Part shown: piece after piece, positions 19,518 through 29,397 of the stretch
How the letters are laid out: every line of letters begins with the position of its first letter
Position numbering within the stretch: position 1 is the stretch's first letter
Source of the DNA: Nitrospira sp.
GTDB taxonomy: Bacteria; Nitrospirota; Nitrospiria; Nitrospirales; Nitrospiraceae
Length of the DNA stretch: 64,000 nt
NCBI GenBank assembly: GCA_047150005.1
Contig: AP038806.1
Location: 672,001 to 736,000 of the forward strand
Reading direction: 5' to 3'
Notes under the pieces: model-generated
Databases searched by the model: none
The model's input: only the letters and a program-made list of their open reading frames with translations
Told to the model about the DNA's origin: nothing
Translations under genes and position numbers: made by a program

Positions 19518-20375
19518 CTATGAGGTTTCGGGCACCTCCGCACCGGCGGCCTCCAACGACTCGATCCATGCCTTCTGAAGATTGAGTGTCATCCGCTTCG
19601 CAGCTTGGTCGAAAGAGACGACTCTCAGTGTGTTGGGCGCCCCTTCGTAGGTCGGAGGCCAAATGCGGCGTTCCGGATCTTGTGGACGCAGATAGATGAC
19701 CGGATACCACTGATTGATCCCCGGAGCCGTAGGTGAGTCCAGTGTCGCCCACCCTCGCCCCTCGGCTTGGATGAGAACGCGGTTGTTCTTCACATCCAGC
19801 AGCGCGAATTCCATCAACGACCAGTTGTCGCGTCGAAATCCCGGCTGCGCGTACGTGGTCCACCCCAGAAAGAGCGTCACGGGATACTCCTGTTCCGTAC
19901 TGGAGAGGATGACCAAGACGAGATAATCGAGCCCGCGTTTCTTCGCCAACTCGGCGAACTGGGCCCAATCTCCGTTCGGCTGAAGCCGAACGCCCTCGGG
20001 CGGGACCATCTCCTTGACCAACACGGGAATGGCCCGGCCGACTTCTTGTTTCAAGCTCTCACCCAGTCGAAGAACGGCCTCATCTGGCAAGGTCGGCGCC
20101 GCACCGGGATGCGCGGTATCCGAGACCAGAAGCAGCCCTGCCGGCACCGGCCTAGGCTCCAATCGGCCGAACACCCCCTCATCCGCTTTCAGATCCGACG
20201 ACAGATAGTCCCCGATACGCGACGGCGGCACAGACGACGCACAGGATGCGAGAAGCGCTGCACCGAGGACGGCGACCGAAATCCCTGTTGCGCCCCACTG
20301 CGGCAATCCCCACCTCCGTCGTACGGCTTCCTGGCGCGGTTCTCCCCCCGAAACAAACCATACGTTCGCTTCCAC
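19518..20375 (-). CDS. Hypothetical lipoprotein
   Basis: Lipobox-like LLASC after a hydrophobic stretch; true start may be downstream. Confidence 0.6.
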   Translation of the reverse strand: MEANVWFVSGGEPRQEAVRRRWGLPQWGATGISVAVLGAALLASCASSVPPSRIGDYLSSDLKADEGVFGRLEPRPVPAGLLLVSDTAHPGAAPTLPDEAVLRLGESLKQEVGRAIPVLVKEMVPPEGVRLQPNGDWAQFAELAKKRGLDYLVLVILSSTEQEYPVTLFLGWTTYAQPGFRRDNWSLMEFALLDVKNNRVLIQAEGRGWATLDSPTAPGINQWYPVIYLRPQDPERRIWPPTYEGAPNTLRVVSFDQAAKRMTLNLQKAWIESLEAAGAEVPETS

Positions 20376-20516
20376 ATAGCCGAGCTGTCAAGTACGCATC
20401 CTGCCCCTTGTAATCGCGGCATGGCTCGGGTACGGTACCTCGCATCGAGAGTGCCCGCCGTCTCCATCCTTAGAAGAGCCGGTGGCATGATGTTGTTCCC
20501 GCTTCTCGTGGAATCT

Positions 20517-21305
20517 ATGCATCACTCGATCATCATCCCCGCCTATAACGAAGCCGGTCGAATCCTGCCGTACCTTCGACGAATTACGGACTATATGCGG
20601 GAGCGAGGGCGTCCCTATGAAGTGCTGGTAGTCGACGATGGGAGCACCGATGCAACCCCCTCGGCCGTCGGAGCCCTGTCGGTGTCCATACCGGAAATCA
20701 GCCTGCTTCGACTCCCCGATCGGCGTGGGAAAGGCGCCGCGGTCAGACGCGGCATGCAAGCCGCGACCGGACAGCTTCAATTGTTTGCCGACGCGGACGG
20801 GGCCACCCCTATTGAAGAGCTGCCCCGACTGGAACAGGCCATCGAACAGGGGGCCGACCTGGCCATCGGGTCGCGGGCTCTCGCGTCTCGGCTGCCGGGA
20901 TTTTCCGTCCGAGCGAAGTTGTACCGCACGATCCTCGGCAGCCTGTTCAACGCCGCCGTTCGACAGGGGGGCATTCGGGCCATTGCGGACACGCAATGCG
21001 GGTTCAAACTGTTCCGTCGGCCGGTGGCGCAAGACCTCTTCGCTGTGGCGACGATCGACGGCTACGGGTTGGATCTGGAGCTGCTCTATGTCGCGCAACG
21101 CCGGGGGTATCGGATGGCGGAGGTTCCGATCAACTGGGCCGATCAGCCGGGGTCGAAGGTCCGCGTCTGGCGCGACGGCTTCCTGATGATGCGGGACCTG
21201 GCTCGTGTCCGGCAGAACGACCGGAAGGGGCTCTACCGGACCACCTCCTTCGTCGAACCATTGGCCTCAGACCACCCCCGCCGTTTCGGCCTGCCTCTCA
21301 ATTAG
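20517..21305 (+). CDS. GT2 glycosyltransferase, dolichyl/polyprenyl-phosphate beta-glucosyltransferase-like
   Basis: SIIIPAYNE, VVDDGSTD, GKGAAVRRG, FADADG, DTQCGFKLF. Start moved to ATG 20517. Confidence 0.88.
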   Translation: MHHSIIIPAYNEAGRILPYLRRITDYMRERGRPYEVLVVDDGSTDATPSAVGALSVSIPEISLLRLPDRRGKGAAVRRGMQAATGQLQLFADADGATPIEELPRLEQAIEQGADLAIGSRALASRLPGFSVRAKLYRTILGSLFNAAVRQGGIRAIADTQCGFKLFRRPVAQDLFAVATIDGYGLDLELLYVAQRRGYRMAEVPINWADQPGSKVRVWRDGFLMMRDLARVRQNDRKGLYRTTSFVEPLASDHPRRFGLPLN

Positions 21306-21329
21306 CGAACGGCCCCGTTAGCCGTCTCC

Positions 21330-22892
21330 TTATGGCATGACATAGAGCGAGACTTTTTCGTCCTCGTAGACTCGAACCCACTTCGGCTCACGGTGCAACG
21401 CACGGTCCAACGACGTGTCGCGGCGCACCAGGGCCCAATCCACGGCGTACTTCTCAAGAACGGATAGATCGACCGGTTCACGCTGCGTGAGCGCGATGTA
21501 GTCCTGGAAGATGCGCCGGTCCCCGATCCGCCAGGCCGGCATGCGTCCATCGATGAAAATCTTATGTTCCGGCATCCACCAGAGCAGAAATCCGCCGTAG
21601 CCGTAATCATTGTAGAGTCTGGCACCAACTTGCGCAGGATGCGCCTTGATCCAGTCCACGGCCTCGATCGGATAAGAGGTCGTCCGAAAGTACCGAGCCG
21701 GCTCCGTCCCGGACCGGACCACGTGATGCAAATGGCCGGGCCCCTCCCAAATCAGCACAATCGCCGCGGCCACGGCCCCTGCCAACATGCCGCATCGTAT
21801 GGCCGGCCCGCCCGCGCCAAGCGACCGGTTCAATCGGTCGAATGCCGCGGCCGTCAGTTCGGCGGCAAGCGGCAGACTGATGATGAGAAACACCGGTATG
21901 TTCCGCATGTGCCGCAGGGAAAACCAGAGGAAGACCAGCCACACGGCCCACCGGACCGGTTCATGCCGACGGTACCAGCAGCACATCGCGACGCCCAGTA
22001 CGGCGAGATAGAGGGCATACCCGCGACCGGCCGTCGTCGCCAACGACAGGGGCTGCCACTCTTGCAACTCATCCACCATAAATTGGTTAGCCAAGGAATC
22101 GATAATTTCTCCGTGCAGCCGCCATCCGTACGGATTCACCAGCGTCACGAGGGCCGATGCCGCCGTCAGCAGGACCAGACGACGGAGATCCGCCTGGGCG
22201 AAGCTGGATTCATCGATTGGCCCGAATCGGGATGTCCATTTGGCACGGAGCAGTTGCATGAGCCACAGAGCAAGCGCGACGACGCTCATCAGCGCAAGAC
22301 CCAAGACAAATCCGCCGTGCAGGTTCGCCCACAGCAAAAACAGGAGCGGGATCCATCGCCACGAGGACCTTGCGGGACGCGACAGAAGACGGAGAAGGAC
22401 GGCGAGCCCAAGCCAGGAAACAAGCTGAGTACGCGCGCCCAGATAGGGAAGCGCAACCCAGACCGACAGGGTGGCGATGAACCAACGAGCGTACCGTGGG
22501 ACCGACGCGGTACCGGCGGCGATCAGCCACGCACCGGCCGCAATTGCCCCGAATAACACAATCACCCCCAACCCTCCGGCCCAGGATGCATACAGCGCAC
22601 CGATGGTCACGTCGGTCAACCACGCATGCTCCACCCAGGGCCAGTCCGGCATCGTATGGGAATAGGGATCCAAGGCGGGAAGCCTCAGTCCGCTACGGAG
22701 CAGATCGAGCCCGGTTCGCAAGTGCCAACCAAAATCCGGCTCGGTCAAGGGCTGAAGGCTCAAGTTGACGAGGAACAGCAACAACAGGGCGTTGAGCGCG
22801 AACGATGACTGGACGGCAACAGAATGTGCGTCCCGACCACCGGCAAGATCGGCCGCACGACCGGCCTCTTCCCGTGCGGAAGGATTCGGCAT
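21330..22892 (-). CDS. Polytopic membrane protein, GT-C-like glycosyltransferase
   Basis: First loop EPDFGWHLRTG...DPYS; LWANLHGGF; EWQP; C-terminal YGYGGFLLW...FIDGR periplasmic domain. Confidence 0.6.
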   Translation of the reverse strand: MPNPSAREEAGRAADLAGGRDAHSVAVQSSFALNALLLLFLVNLSLQPLTEPDFGWHLRTGLDLLRSGLRLPALDPYSHTMPDWPWVEHAWLTDVTIGALYASWAGGLGVIVLFGAIAAGAWLIAAGTASVPRYARWFIATLSVWVALPYLGARTQLVSWLGLAVLLRLLSRPARSSWRWIPLLFLLWANLHGGFVLGLALMSVVALALWLMQLLRAKWTSRFGPIDESSFAQADLRRLVLLTAASALVTLVNPYGWRLHGEIIDSLANQFMVDELQEWQPLSLATTAGRGYALYLAVLGVAMCCWYRRHEPVRWAVWLVFLWFSLRHMRNIPVFLIISLPLAAELTAAAFDRLNRSLGAGGPAIRCGMLAGAVAAAIVLIWEGPGHLHHVVRSGTEPARYFRTTSYPIEAVDWIKAHPAQVGARLYNDYGYGGFLLWWMPEHKIFIDGRMPAWRIGDRRIFQDYIALTQREPVDLSVLEKYAVDWALVRRDTSLDRALHREPKWVRVYEDEKVSLYVMP

Positions 22893-24635
22893 CTACCGCT
22901 CGGCGCCTGATGAAAAACCGGCGGAACGGCCCGGCCGTCTGGCGAGGAGATTTCCCATCACCAACCACTCCACCTCCGTTCGCAGAAAGCACCGAACGGC
23001 ATCCTCCGGCGTACAGACGATCGGTTCATTCACATTAAACGACGTGTTCAGGAGCACCGGGACTCCCGTCAGCCTGGCAAAGGCCTCAAGCAGAAGACGA
23101 TAGCGCGGATTCGCGTGTCTATCCACGGTTTGCACGCGTGCCGAGCCGTCAATGTGCAGGACCGCGGGAATGCGGTCCTTAGCCGAGGGAAGAACCGGCG
23201 CCGTAAACAGCATGAAGGGAGAAGATCCGGGAAGGTCGAAGTATTCGCCCGCCCGCTCCTCCAGGACCGCCGGAGCAAAGGGGCGAAACGGCTCCCGGTA
23301 TTTCACCTTGGCGTTGATCAGTTCCCGCACATCCTCGCGGCGGGGATCGGCCAGGAGACTTCGATTCCCCAACGCCCGCGGGCCGAATTCCATCCGATCC
23401 TGAAACCAGAACACCAATCGACCGCGCGCCAGTTCGCCCGCAACCGTGTCGCATAACTGTGCATCCGGCAACATGGTGACTTCCAAGCCCGCCGCTTCAA
23501 GCACGCTTCTGCAATCCCGATCCTCGTACCCGGGTCCCCAGGCAGCCGTCCGCATGACCGTCCGATGGGTGAGAAAGCCGCGCCGATGCGTCAGCCAGAG
23601 CGCCGCACCGAGCGCCGCGCCGGAATCGCCGGCTGCGGGCGGCACGTAGATCTCCTCGAATCCGGACTCGCGCCGGAGACGGCTGTTGGCCACGCAGTTG
23701 TACGCGACGCCTCCGGCCAGGCACAGTCGGGTCAGCCCCGTCATCCGCTTCAGATGCCGGGCCAGATGCAGCAACGTGTCTTCCAGCACGAGTTGCACGC
23801 TGGCCGCCATGTCTCGATGACGGTCCGTGACGGCCCCGCCGGGCAGCCGGGCCGGACCGAACAGTTCGAGAAATTCCGGAACGAAGATCCGCAGGCGTGC
23901 CAAATGGAAATCCAGCAGGTTCGTATTGAGACGAAATCCCCCCTCCGGCAGCAGCGACAGGATGCGGTCGCGAAGAGACCGGGCAAAGCCCGGCTTTCCG
24001 TATCCCGCCAATCCCATGACGATGTACTCGTCCTGATCCGGAACAAACCCCAGATACGCCGTCATGGCCGCATAGAATTGTCCGAGCGAATGGGGAAGCG
24101 GAATCCGGCCCAAGACATCAATGGTCCGCTCATCTGCCTGAGCGAAGGTGGTCGTGTGGGATTCCGACGCGCCGTCGGCGATCAGCACCGCCGTCTCCTT
24201 GAACGGCGAAACGAAGACGGCGCTGGCTGCGTGACAGAGGTGATGGTCGAGAAATACAGGATTCGGGCAAACCGTTCCGTCGATCTGCCGTGACAAGAGT
24301 CTTCGTAGGAAGATCAGTTCCTTCCATTCCTGACCGAGACGCTCGTAACTCCTCCTGGCCTTGACCCTGCGCAGCTCCGACGACTGCAGCATCCCGCGGA
24401 GCACGAGGGTCGCCCGACGTCCCACTTCCCAATATTTCCACGGCACCGCCACGGCGTCGACGTCGCGAAGTCGTGCGCCCGCCGTTTGGAGGCAGGATCG
24501 AACGGCATGAACCGGAAGCGCCGTGACGTGTTTGACGCGGACAAACCGCTCCTCCTCGGCCGCCGCGAGGATCCGGCCGTCCTCCGTCAGCGCCGCAGCG
24601 GCATCCCGCATGTTCGAAAGACCGAGTACCAGCAT
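22893..24635 (-). CDS. O-carbamoyltransferase, NodU/CmcH family
   Basis: AAEEERFVRVKH, HHLCHAASA, SLGQFY, AGGVAYNCVANS, PAAGDSG, EFGPRALGNRS, KYREPFRPFAP, LNTSFN. Start moved to 24635. Confidence 0.92.
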   Translation of the reverse strand: MLVLGLSNMRDAAAALTEDGRILAAAEEERFVRVKHVTALPVHAVRSCLQTAGARLRDVDAVAVPWKYWEVGRRATLVLRGMLQSSELRRVKARRSYERLGQEWKELIFLRRLLSRQIDGTVCPNPVFLDHHLCHAASAVFVSPFKETAVLIADGASESHTTTFAQADERTIDVLGRIPLPHSLGQFYAAMTAYLGFVPDQDEYIVMGLAGYGKPGFARSLRDRILSLLPEGGFRLNTNLLDFHLARLRIFVPEFLELFGPARLPGGAVTDRHRDMAASVQLVLEDTLLHLARHLKRMTGLTRLCLAGGVAYNCVANSRLRRESGFEEIYVPPAAGDSGAALGAALWLTHRRGFLTHRTVMRTAAWGPGYEDRDCRSVLEAAGLEVTMLPDAQLCDTVAGELARGRLVFWFQDRMEFGPRALGNRSLLADPRREDVRELINAKVKYREPFRPFAPAVLEERAGEYFDLPGSSPFMLFTAPVLPSAKDRIPAVLHIDGSARVQTVDRHANPRYRLLLEAFARLTGVPVLLNTSFNVNEPIVCTPEDAVRCFLRTEVEWLVMGNLLARRPGRSAGFSSGAER

Positions 24636-24784
24636 TCCGAAGGCTCTTCTAAATCGATAGGCAGGCCCCGAATCCGCTGAAGCATATGCCGGAGCGACCG
24701 GCGCCCGCAAGAAGCCGGCTCCAGTTGCATTCACGGCAACATTTCGGTACGTTGCAGAACGTGACATGACATGCGCATGCCTTC

Positions 24785-26692
24785 TTGAGTCATGAGCCCG
24801 CTTACCCGATGATCCCGGGGCGCTCGGTTTTCAGTTCATTACGCCCGAATCTTGCCCAATGCGCCCTTGTCCTGGTTTGTCTCTGGGTCATGGGGTTGTC
24901 CACGGGATGCGAGAAGTTTGCCTCTGCATTCCGGCGTACTCCGCTGCCGGACATGGGCCCACGTCTCAACAACTCCGTCAAACTGACCTTCGATCCCGCT
25001 TTCAGCAACATGAAAGCGACGTACAAGAACGATTGCGGGAATCTGCGCGAAGTCTACATCGGCACCGAATTGGAATCGGTGATGATCGACGCGGCGGCAC
25101 AGAATTTCCGGGCGGTGTCGGTCACCGGCGGAATCACTTCCTCCACCCCGCCCGACATGGAAATGCTCGTGACGATGGAGCGATCCTCCTTCAGGTTGAT
25201 CCAAGATCACCTGTATGATCGAGTCCCAGCGGACTTGAAAATCGACGCCTTGGTCACATTCAAGGACATGTCGGGGCATGAACTGGGACAACAGCCGATT
25301 GCCATCGATCGCAATCAGCGGTTGCTCCTGGAGCCCACACAGAAGCGGTGCGACTACGCCAATATGGACGAGTTTCTGTACGAGTCCGGCGTAGCTCTGT
25401 CGACGGAATTCATCCGGGTCTCGCGTCACCAGCTGGCAGGAGCCGGAGCGGCGCCGGCCGCCGCGGTGGCCGGCGCCGCCGCGAGACCACCCGAGCCCGC
25501 GCCGAAAGTCGGCCGTTCTCCCCTGTCGTTCAAAGCCATGGTGCTCGACGAGAATAGTAATCTGATCCTGGAAGGCGGAGAACGGGTGCGCGTGCGGGTC
25601 GACCTGGTAAACGCGGGCGATCAGGAGCTTCAGCAGGTGACCGCGACCATCTCCGGCCCACCGGCGATTCTGGCGCAATTTCCGACGACGACGCTGTCGG
25701 CTGGCCGGTTGCAGCCCGGCCAATCACGATCCCTCGAGTTTGCGGCCACACTCCCCCAATCCGTGCAGGCACAGAAGGCGCAGATTCATGTGAGCGTCTC
25801 GGATCCGAGCGTCACTGCCGCCCCCGCGCAAGTCCTCTCCGTCACCGTGCAACCGACCGCCGTGAACGCGGACGACGTGGATCAAATCCCGGCCACCGCC
25901 GCCGGGTTCAAACGCGCCAACACATTTCTCTTGTCGATCGGCATCGGTTCCTATCGGGACTCACAATTGCCGGCCCGGAAATATGGGGCCTCCGATGCCG
26001 AAATGGTCGCGGCCTATCTACAGTCGCTCGGCGGGGTGCCGGCCTCCAATGTCCGCCTGCTCCAGGACTGGAAAGCGTTGCGCCCCGATATCGACGAAGC
26101 GCTGCTGGACTGGTTACCTGCCCACGCAGGGAGGGATGCGGTCGTGATCGTCTATTTCGCGGGAGTGGCCACGGTGTCGCCGACCGGGGAGGTGTATCTC
26201 CTCCCCTACGACGGGAGCCTCTCTTCCGCTTCCCGCTCCTACCCGCTCAAAGATCTGGAAGCAGCGTTGGCCCGTGTGAAAGCCAAGCAGACGGTCGTGC
26301 TGTTCGACGGAACCGTATCGCGGCTCGGATCAGGGACCGACGGCCGCGCAAAGGGTTCGGCTCCGCAATGGACTTCTTCCGGCAGCTCTTCTATTCATCT
26401 CGTGTCCATCGGCAGCCTCGGGCGATCCATTGAGGACGAAAAACATCGGCACGGACTGTTTACGTATTACTTCCTCCGCGCGCTGCGCGGAGACGCCGAT
26501 ACCAATCGGGACGGCGAGGTCACGCTAGGAGAAACTGCCGCATACCTGGGGCAGAAGGTACCGTGGGCCTCCAAGAGTCAGTACGGACAAGAGCAGCGTC
26601 CGCTCGTCCTGCCGCCGTTGAAAGCGACGGATCCGGCCGGTGCGCTGGTCCTGACGAAGCCGGCCGCGATCACCGCCGTCGAAGCACCCTGA
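24785..26692 (+). CDS. Lipoprotein with C-terminal caspase (C14)-like domain, catalytic dyad absent
   Basis: Lipobox STGC; IGIGSY, DAEMVA..L, HGLFTYYFLRAL.G.AD...DG.VT; YFAGVA and FDGT in place of the canonical GHG and DAC motifs. Confidence 0.75.
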   Translation: MSHEPAYPMIPGRSVFSSLRPNLAQCALVLVCLWVMGLSTGCEKFASAFRRTPLPDMGPRLNNSVKLTFDPAFSNMKATYKNDCGNLREVYIGTELESVMIDAAAQNFRAVSVTGGITSSTPPDMEMLVTMERSSFRLIQDHLYDRVPADLKIDALVTFKDMSGHELGQQPIAIDRNQRLLLEPTQKRCDYANMDEFLYESGVALSTEFIRVSRHQLAGAGAAPAAAVAGAAARPPEPAPKVGRSPLSFKAMVLDENSNLILEGGERVRVRVDLVNAGDQELQQVTATISGPPAILAQFPTTTLSAGRLQPGQSRSLEFAATLPQSVQAQKAQIHVSVSDPSVTAAPAQVLSVTVQPTAVNADDVDQIPATAAGFKRANTFLLSIGIGSYRDSQLPARKYGASDAEMVAAYLQSLGGVPASNVRLLQDWKALRPDIDEALLDWLPAHAGRDAVVIVYFAGVATVSPTGEVYLLPYDGSLSSASRSYPLKDLEAALARVKAKQTVVLFDGTVSRLGSGTDGRAKGSAPQWTSSGSSSIHLVSIGSLGRSIEDEKHRHGLFTYYFLRALRGDADTNRDGEVTLGETAAYLGQKVPWASKSQYGQEQRPLVLPPLKATDPAGALVLTKPAAITAVEAP

Positions 26693-26713
26693 CCGGCACG
26701 CCCACACAGACAC

Positions 26714-26745
26714 AAAAAAAGGGGTGGAGGGAACACCTCCACCCC
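26714..26745 (-). terminator. Rho-independent terminator of the cytochrome c gene
   Basis: GGGGTGGAGG-N5-CCTCCACCCC stem followed by T7 on the minus strand. Confidence 0.8.
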
Positions 26746-26769
26746 AATCGCAACACCACGGCGGATTGA

Positions 26770-27219
26770 CTACTCCTCGCCCTTGCAGAAGCTCCGCTCG
26801 TAGTTGATGATCGTCCACGCTTCTTCTTCGGTGATCGCCGCAGGAATCAACGAAACCATGCCGGTTCCCGGGCTGCCGTTCTTGATCACCCAAAACAGCT
26901 CGCCGTCCTTCCGCTTCTTGTGGAACTTGCAGTTCGTGAAGTTCCGCGGGCTGGGATTGAGGATCGCACCGGCAGGACCGTCGCCCTTGCCTTCCTTCCC
27001 ATGGCAGTTGAAGCAGGTGCCCTTACCCTCGAACAACGCCTTTCCCTTGGCGATGCTCTCCGGGGAGGTTGCAACCGGGTTCTTCATGGCCTTGGCCTCG
27101 GCCATCTGGTCGGCCGGAACGCGCGGCTTCAACGGATCCTTCTCTTCGGCTCCCGCCACGCTCGCGGACAACATCAGCACCGCAGCGCTGACTCCCAAAA
27201 ACTTAGAAAAAGTCCCCAT
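26770..27219 (-). CDS. Periplasmic monoheme cytochrome c
   Basis: Signal peptide (AGA), CFNCH, GDGPAG..LNPSPRNF, GTGM axial Met. Confidence 0.9.
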   Translation of the reverse strand: MGTFSKFLGVSAAVLMLSASVAGAEEKDPLKPRVPADQMAEAKAMKNPVATSPESIAKGKALFEGKGTCFNCHGKEGKGDGPAGAILNPSPRNFTNCKFHKKRKDGELFWVIKNGSPGTGMVSLIPAAITEEEAWTIINYERSFCKGEE

Positions 27220-27311
27220 CAGAAATCCTCCTTTGTGTTGGACCTACCGCAGATCTGAGGCCGGCCGTGAGGCCGTCGGCTCGTTGACCAAAAAGACAAA
27301 AAACGTTCGGG

Positions 27312-27341
27312 ACTATAACAACGGCGTTCCGGCGATGTCAA
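27312..27341 (-). promoter_or_regulatory. Sigma70 promoter of the cytochrome c gene
   Basis: Minus strand TTGACA-N18-TATAGT with an extended TG. Confidence 0.6.
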
Positions 27342-27631
27342 GCAATTCAACCATGATTCCGCTCTGTTGCGGCCGACCGCTCCTGGAACTTTTCAACGGG
27401 CTGTGCGACCTCGTTCCGTCCGCTCTTCAGTCTGAGTGACCATCCAAAGCTCATGCCACAACGTCCATATTCCAGGAACAGATATTTCGCTACGTTAGCG
27501 CAATGCGGTTGAGCATGAGCCCGGGCTTCGGACACCTTTAGGCCCCACCTGTGACTTCCTGCCTCAGCAGACTCGGGTGGAGCCTGCTGCGCGGAACTGC
27601 CTGAGATGAAATGGGGAGAGCCGATGAGTGA

Positions 27632-28582
27632 TCAGCGCTTGAGGACAATATCGCGGGCGACCTTGCCGCTTGGACCGAATGGCTTCTGAGGCTTCCCGTT
27701 CAACTCGGCTTTCACACCACCGGCGTTGCCGAGGGTCAACACGAACTGATCCTGCCCCTTCCACTTGGCCTTTTCCCCGGGCCGAAGTAACGCTTCCTGA
27801 GGGCTGCCACCGTCGATTTGGATGACCACCCAGCTCAATTCCGTCGCTTCCAGATCCAGCACCAGCTGGTCCGTCGCGTCGGGAGCTGCTTCCAATGAGA
27901 TGCCTCCGAGCGGGCCGTCGGATCCGATCGGCGCGGGAGCCGGGGCGGCCGGGGGCACAGGTTGATTGGCAGCAACGGCCGGAGCCGCGGCAGGGCTCGA
28001 CGCACGTGGAGAGCCGGTCTCTGTCTTCGGTGAAGCAGGCGGCGGCGTATCGGCCGGTTTGGATTTGGAGGGCGGCGCGGAGGACGGCTGTGGCTCAGGC
28101 TCGGGCTTGGGTGCCCCGTCGCGGGCCTCGGGAGGCGGAGCGCTTGCCCGCTTGCTGGCGGCAGGCGGGAGATCCATCGCGGGACGACGCACCAGCACGG
28201 TGGACTGTTCACGGCTCAACAGAAACACGAGCGTGATGATCGCGATACCAATGGCGACCGCGACGGCCTTGCGATTGGCCTGTCGCTTTCGTTCCTCTTG
28301 AACCTGCCTGGCTTTCAGCCGTTCCTTTTCATCCTGTTTCTCATAGAACGCGCCGGCGGATTGGATGAAGCGGTGGATGGCGTCTTCTTCGTCAAGTCCC
28401 AACGATCGGGCATAGGAGCGCACGAACCCCCTGGCAAATACCTGGTCGGGCAATTTGGCGAAGTTCCCCTCCTCGAGGGCCCTGACGAAATCGGAACGGA
28501 TTCTGGTTTTCGACGCCACCTCGTCGATCGTCAGACCCTTGGTTTCGCGAACCTGCTTGAAAAAATCACCGATCGATTCCAT
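27632..28582 (-). CDS. rodZ: Cell-shape protein RodZ (HTH, TM, DUF4115)
   Basis: HTH ...ALEEGNF..LPDQVFARGFVRSYA; TM helix; Pro-rich linker; LGNAGGV...NG. Confidence 0.85.
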   Translation of the reverse strand: MESIGDFFKQVRETKGLTIDEVASKTRIRSDFVRALEEGNFAKLPDQVFARGFVRSYARSLGLDEEDAIHRFIQSAGAFYEKQDEKERLKARQVQEERKRQANRKAVAVAIGIAIITLVFLLSREQSTVLVRRPAMDLPPAASKRASAPPPEARDGAPKPEPEPQPSSAPPSKSKPADTPPPASPKTETGSPRASSPAAAPAVAANQPVPPAAPAPAPIGSDGPLGGISLEAAPDATDQLVLDLEATELSWVVIQIDGGSPQEALLRPGEKAKWKGQDQFVLTLGNAGGVKAELNGKPQKPFGPSGKVARDIVLKR

Positions 28583-28707
28583 GCGGTTCTCTCTCGCGCG
28601 TTATGGACAGGCTGGGTGTCCCCCACGCCCGAACAAATGACCGAACCAGCCGCGTCGTGTCGGGTCCGCACCATGCAAACCCGGGATCGGGTTCGACAGG
28701 ATCCGGA

Positions 28708-29397
28708 TCACGGCTTCAATCGTACCAGCATCTCCTTGGCCGCCGCCCCGTACTCTCCGTTCTTGTCGATCAGGGTGACTTTCGTGAGGGTCTCGACGGC
28801 GCGCCGATCGAATCCCATCTTGTAATAGATCCGCCCCAGCTCGAGATTTGACTGCGCAGGAGGCACATTCGGCGGATTCACCGTCAGCGCATCCTCCAGC
28901 GCCTCCATGGCGCCCTGCAGATCGCCTTCATGGGCCAGCGCGCGCCCGAGATGGAAGCGGGCGAGATCCGGCGTACTGTATAGCGGATTGGTCAGCGCCT
29001 TTCGAAACTCCGGAACCGCTTCGGCCCATCGGTCCTGACTGATCAACACCTGCCCCAGGTACGTATGCGCCTCCGAGTAGTCCTCGTCGATCTTGATCGC
29101 CGCCCGAAATTCCTGTTCGGCTTGAGCAAACTTGCCCTGGAGAGCAAGAATGTGACCCAGACCGTATCGAGCCTCTTTGTTGTCGGGATTGAGCTGAACG
29201 GCTTTTTGAAAGGAGACGTAGGCTTTCTGACGGTCCCGGTCGAGGCTGGCCAATCCCTCCTGATAGTAGCCCTTGGACTTTTGCTTTGACTCTTCGGACG
29301 TTGCGCAGCCGGTCAATAGGCCCAGACCGATGACCGTCAACGCGACACAATACGACGAGCGACGGCCGACAGCCGCCCTGGAAGAAATCATGGTCAC
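28708..29397 (-). CDS. TPR lipoprotein, PilF/PilW-like
   Basis: Lipobox LTGC; TPR repeats; ALTNPLYSTP motif; adjacent to rodZ. Confidence 0.75.
   Translation of the reverse strand: MTMISSRAAVGRRSSYCVALTVIGLGLLTGCATSEESKQKSKGYYQEGLASLDRDRQKAYVSFQKAVQLNPDNKEARYGLGHILALQGKFAQAEQEFRAAIKIDEDYSEAHTYLGQVLISQDRWAEAVPEFRKALTNPLYSTPDLARFHLGRALAHEGDLQGAMEALEDALTVNPPNVPPAQSNLELGRIYYKMGFDRRAVETLTKVTLIDKNGEYGAAAKEMLVRLKP

Noticed and set aside
19767..20516. N-terminal extension of the GT2 ORF (512 aa) as a fusion protein
   Set aside because: The extension is antisense to the 19518-20375 lipoprotein gene; the GT2 fold starts at MHHSIIIPAYNE (20517).
27345..27631. Long rodZ-cytochrome c intergenic region as an ncRNA or riboswitch
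   Set aside because: No recognisable conserved motif or convincing stem set was found by eye.
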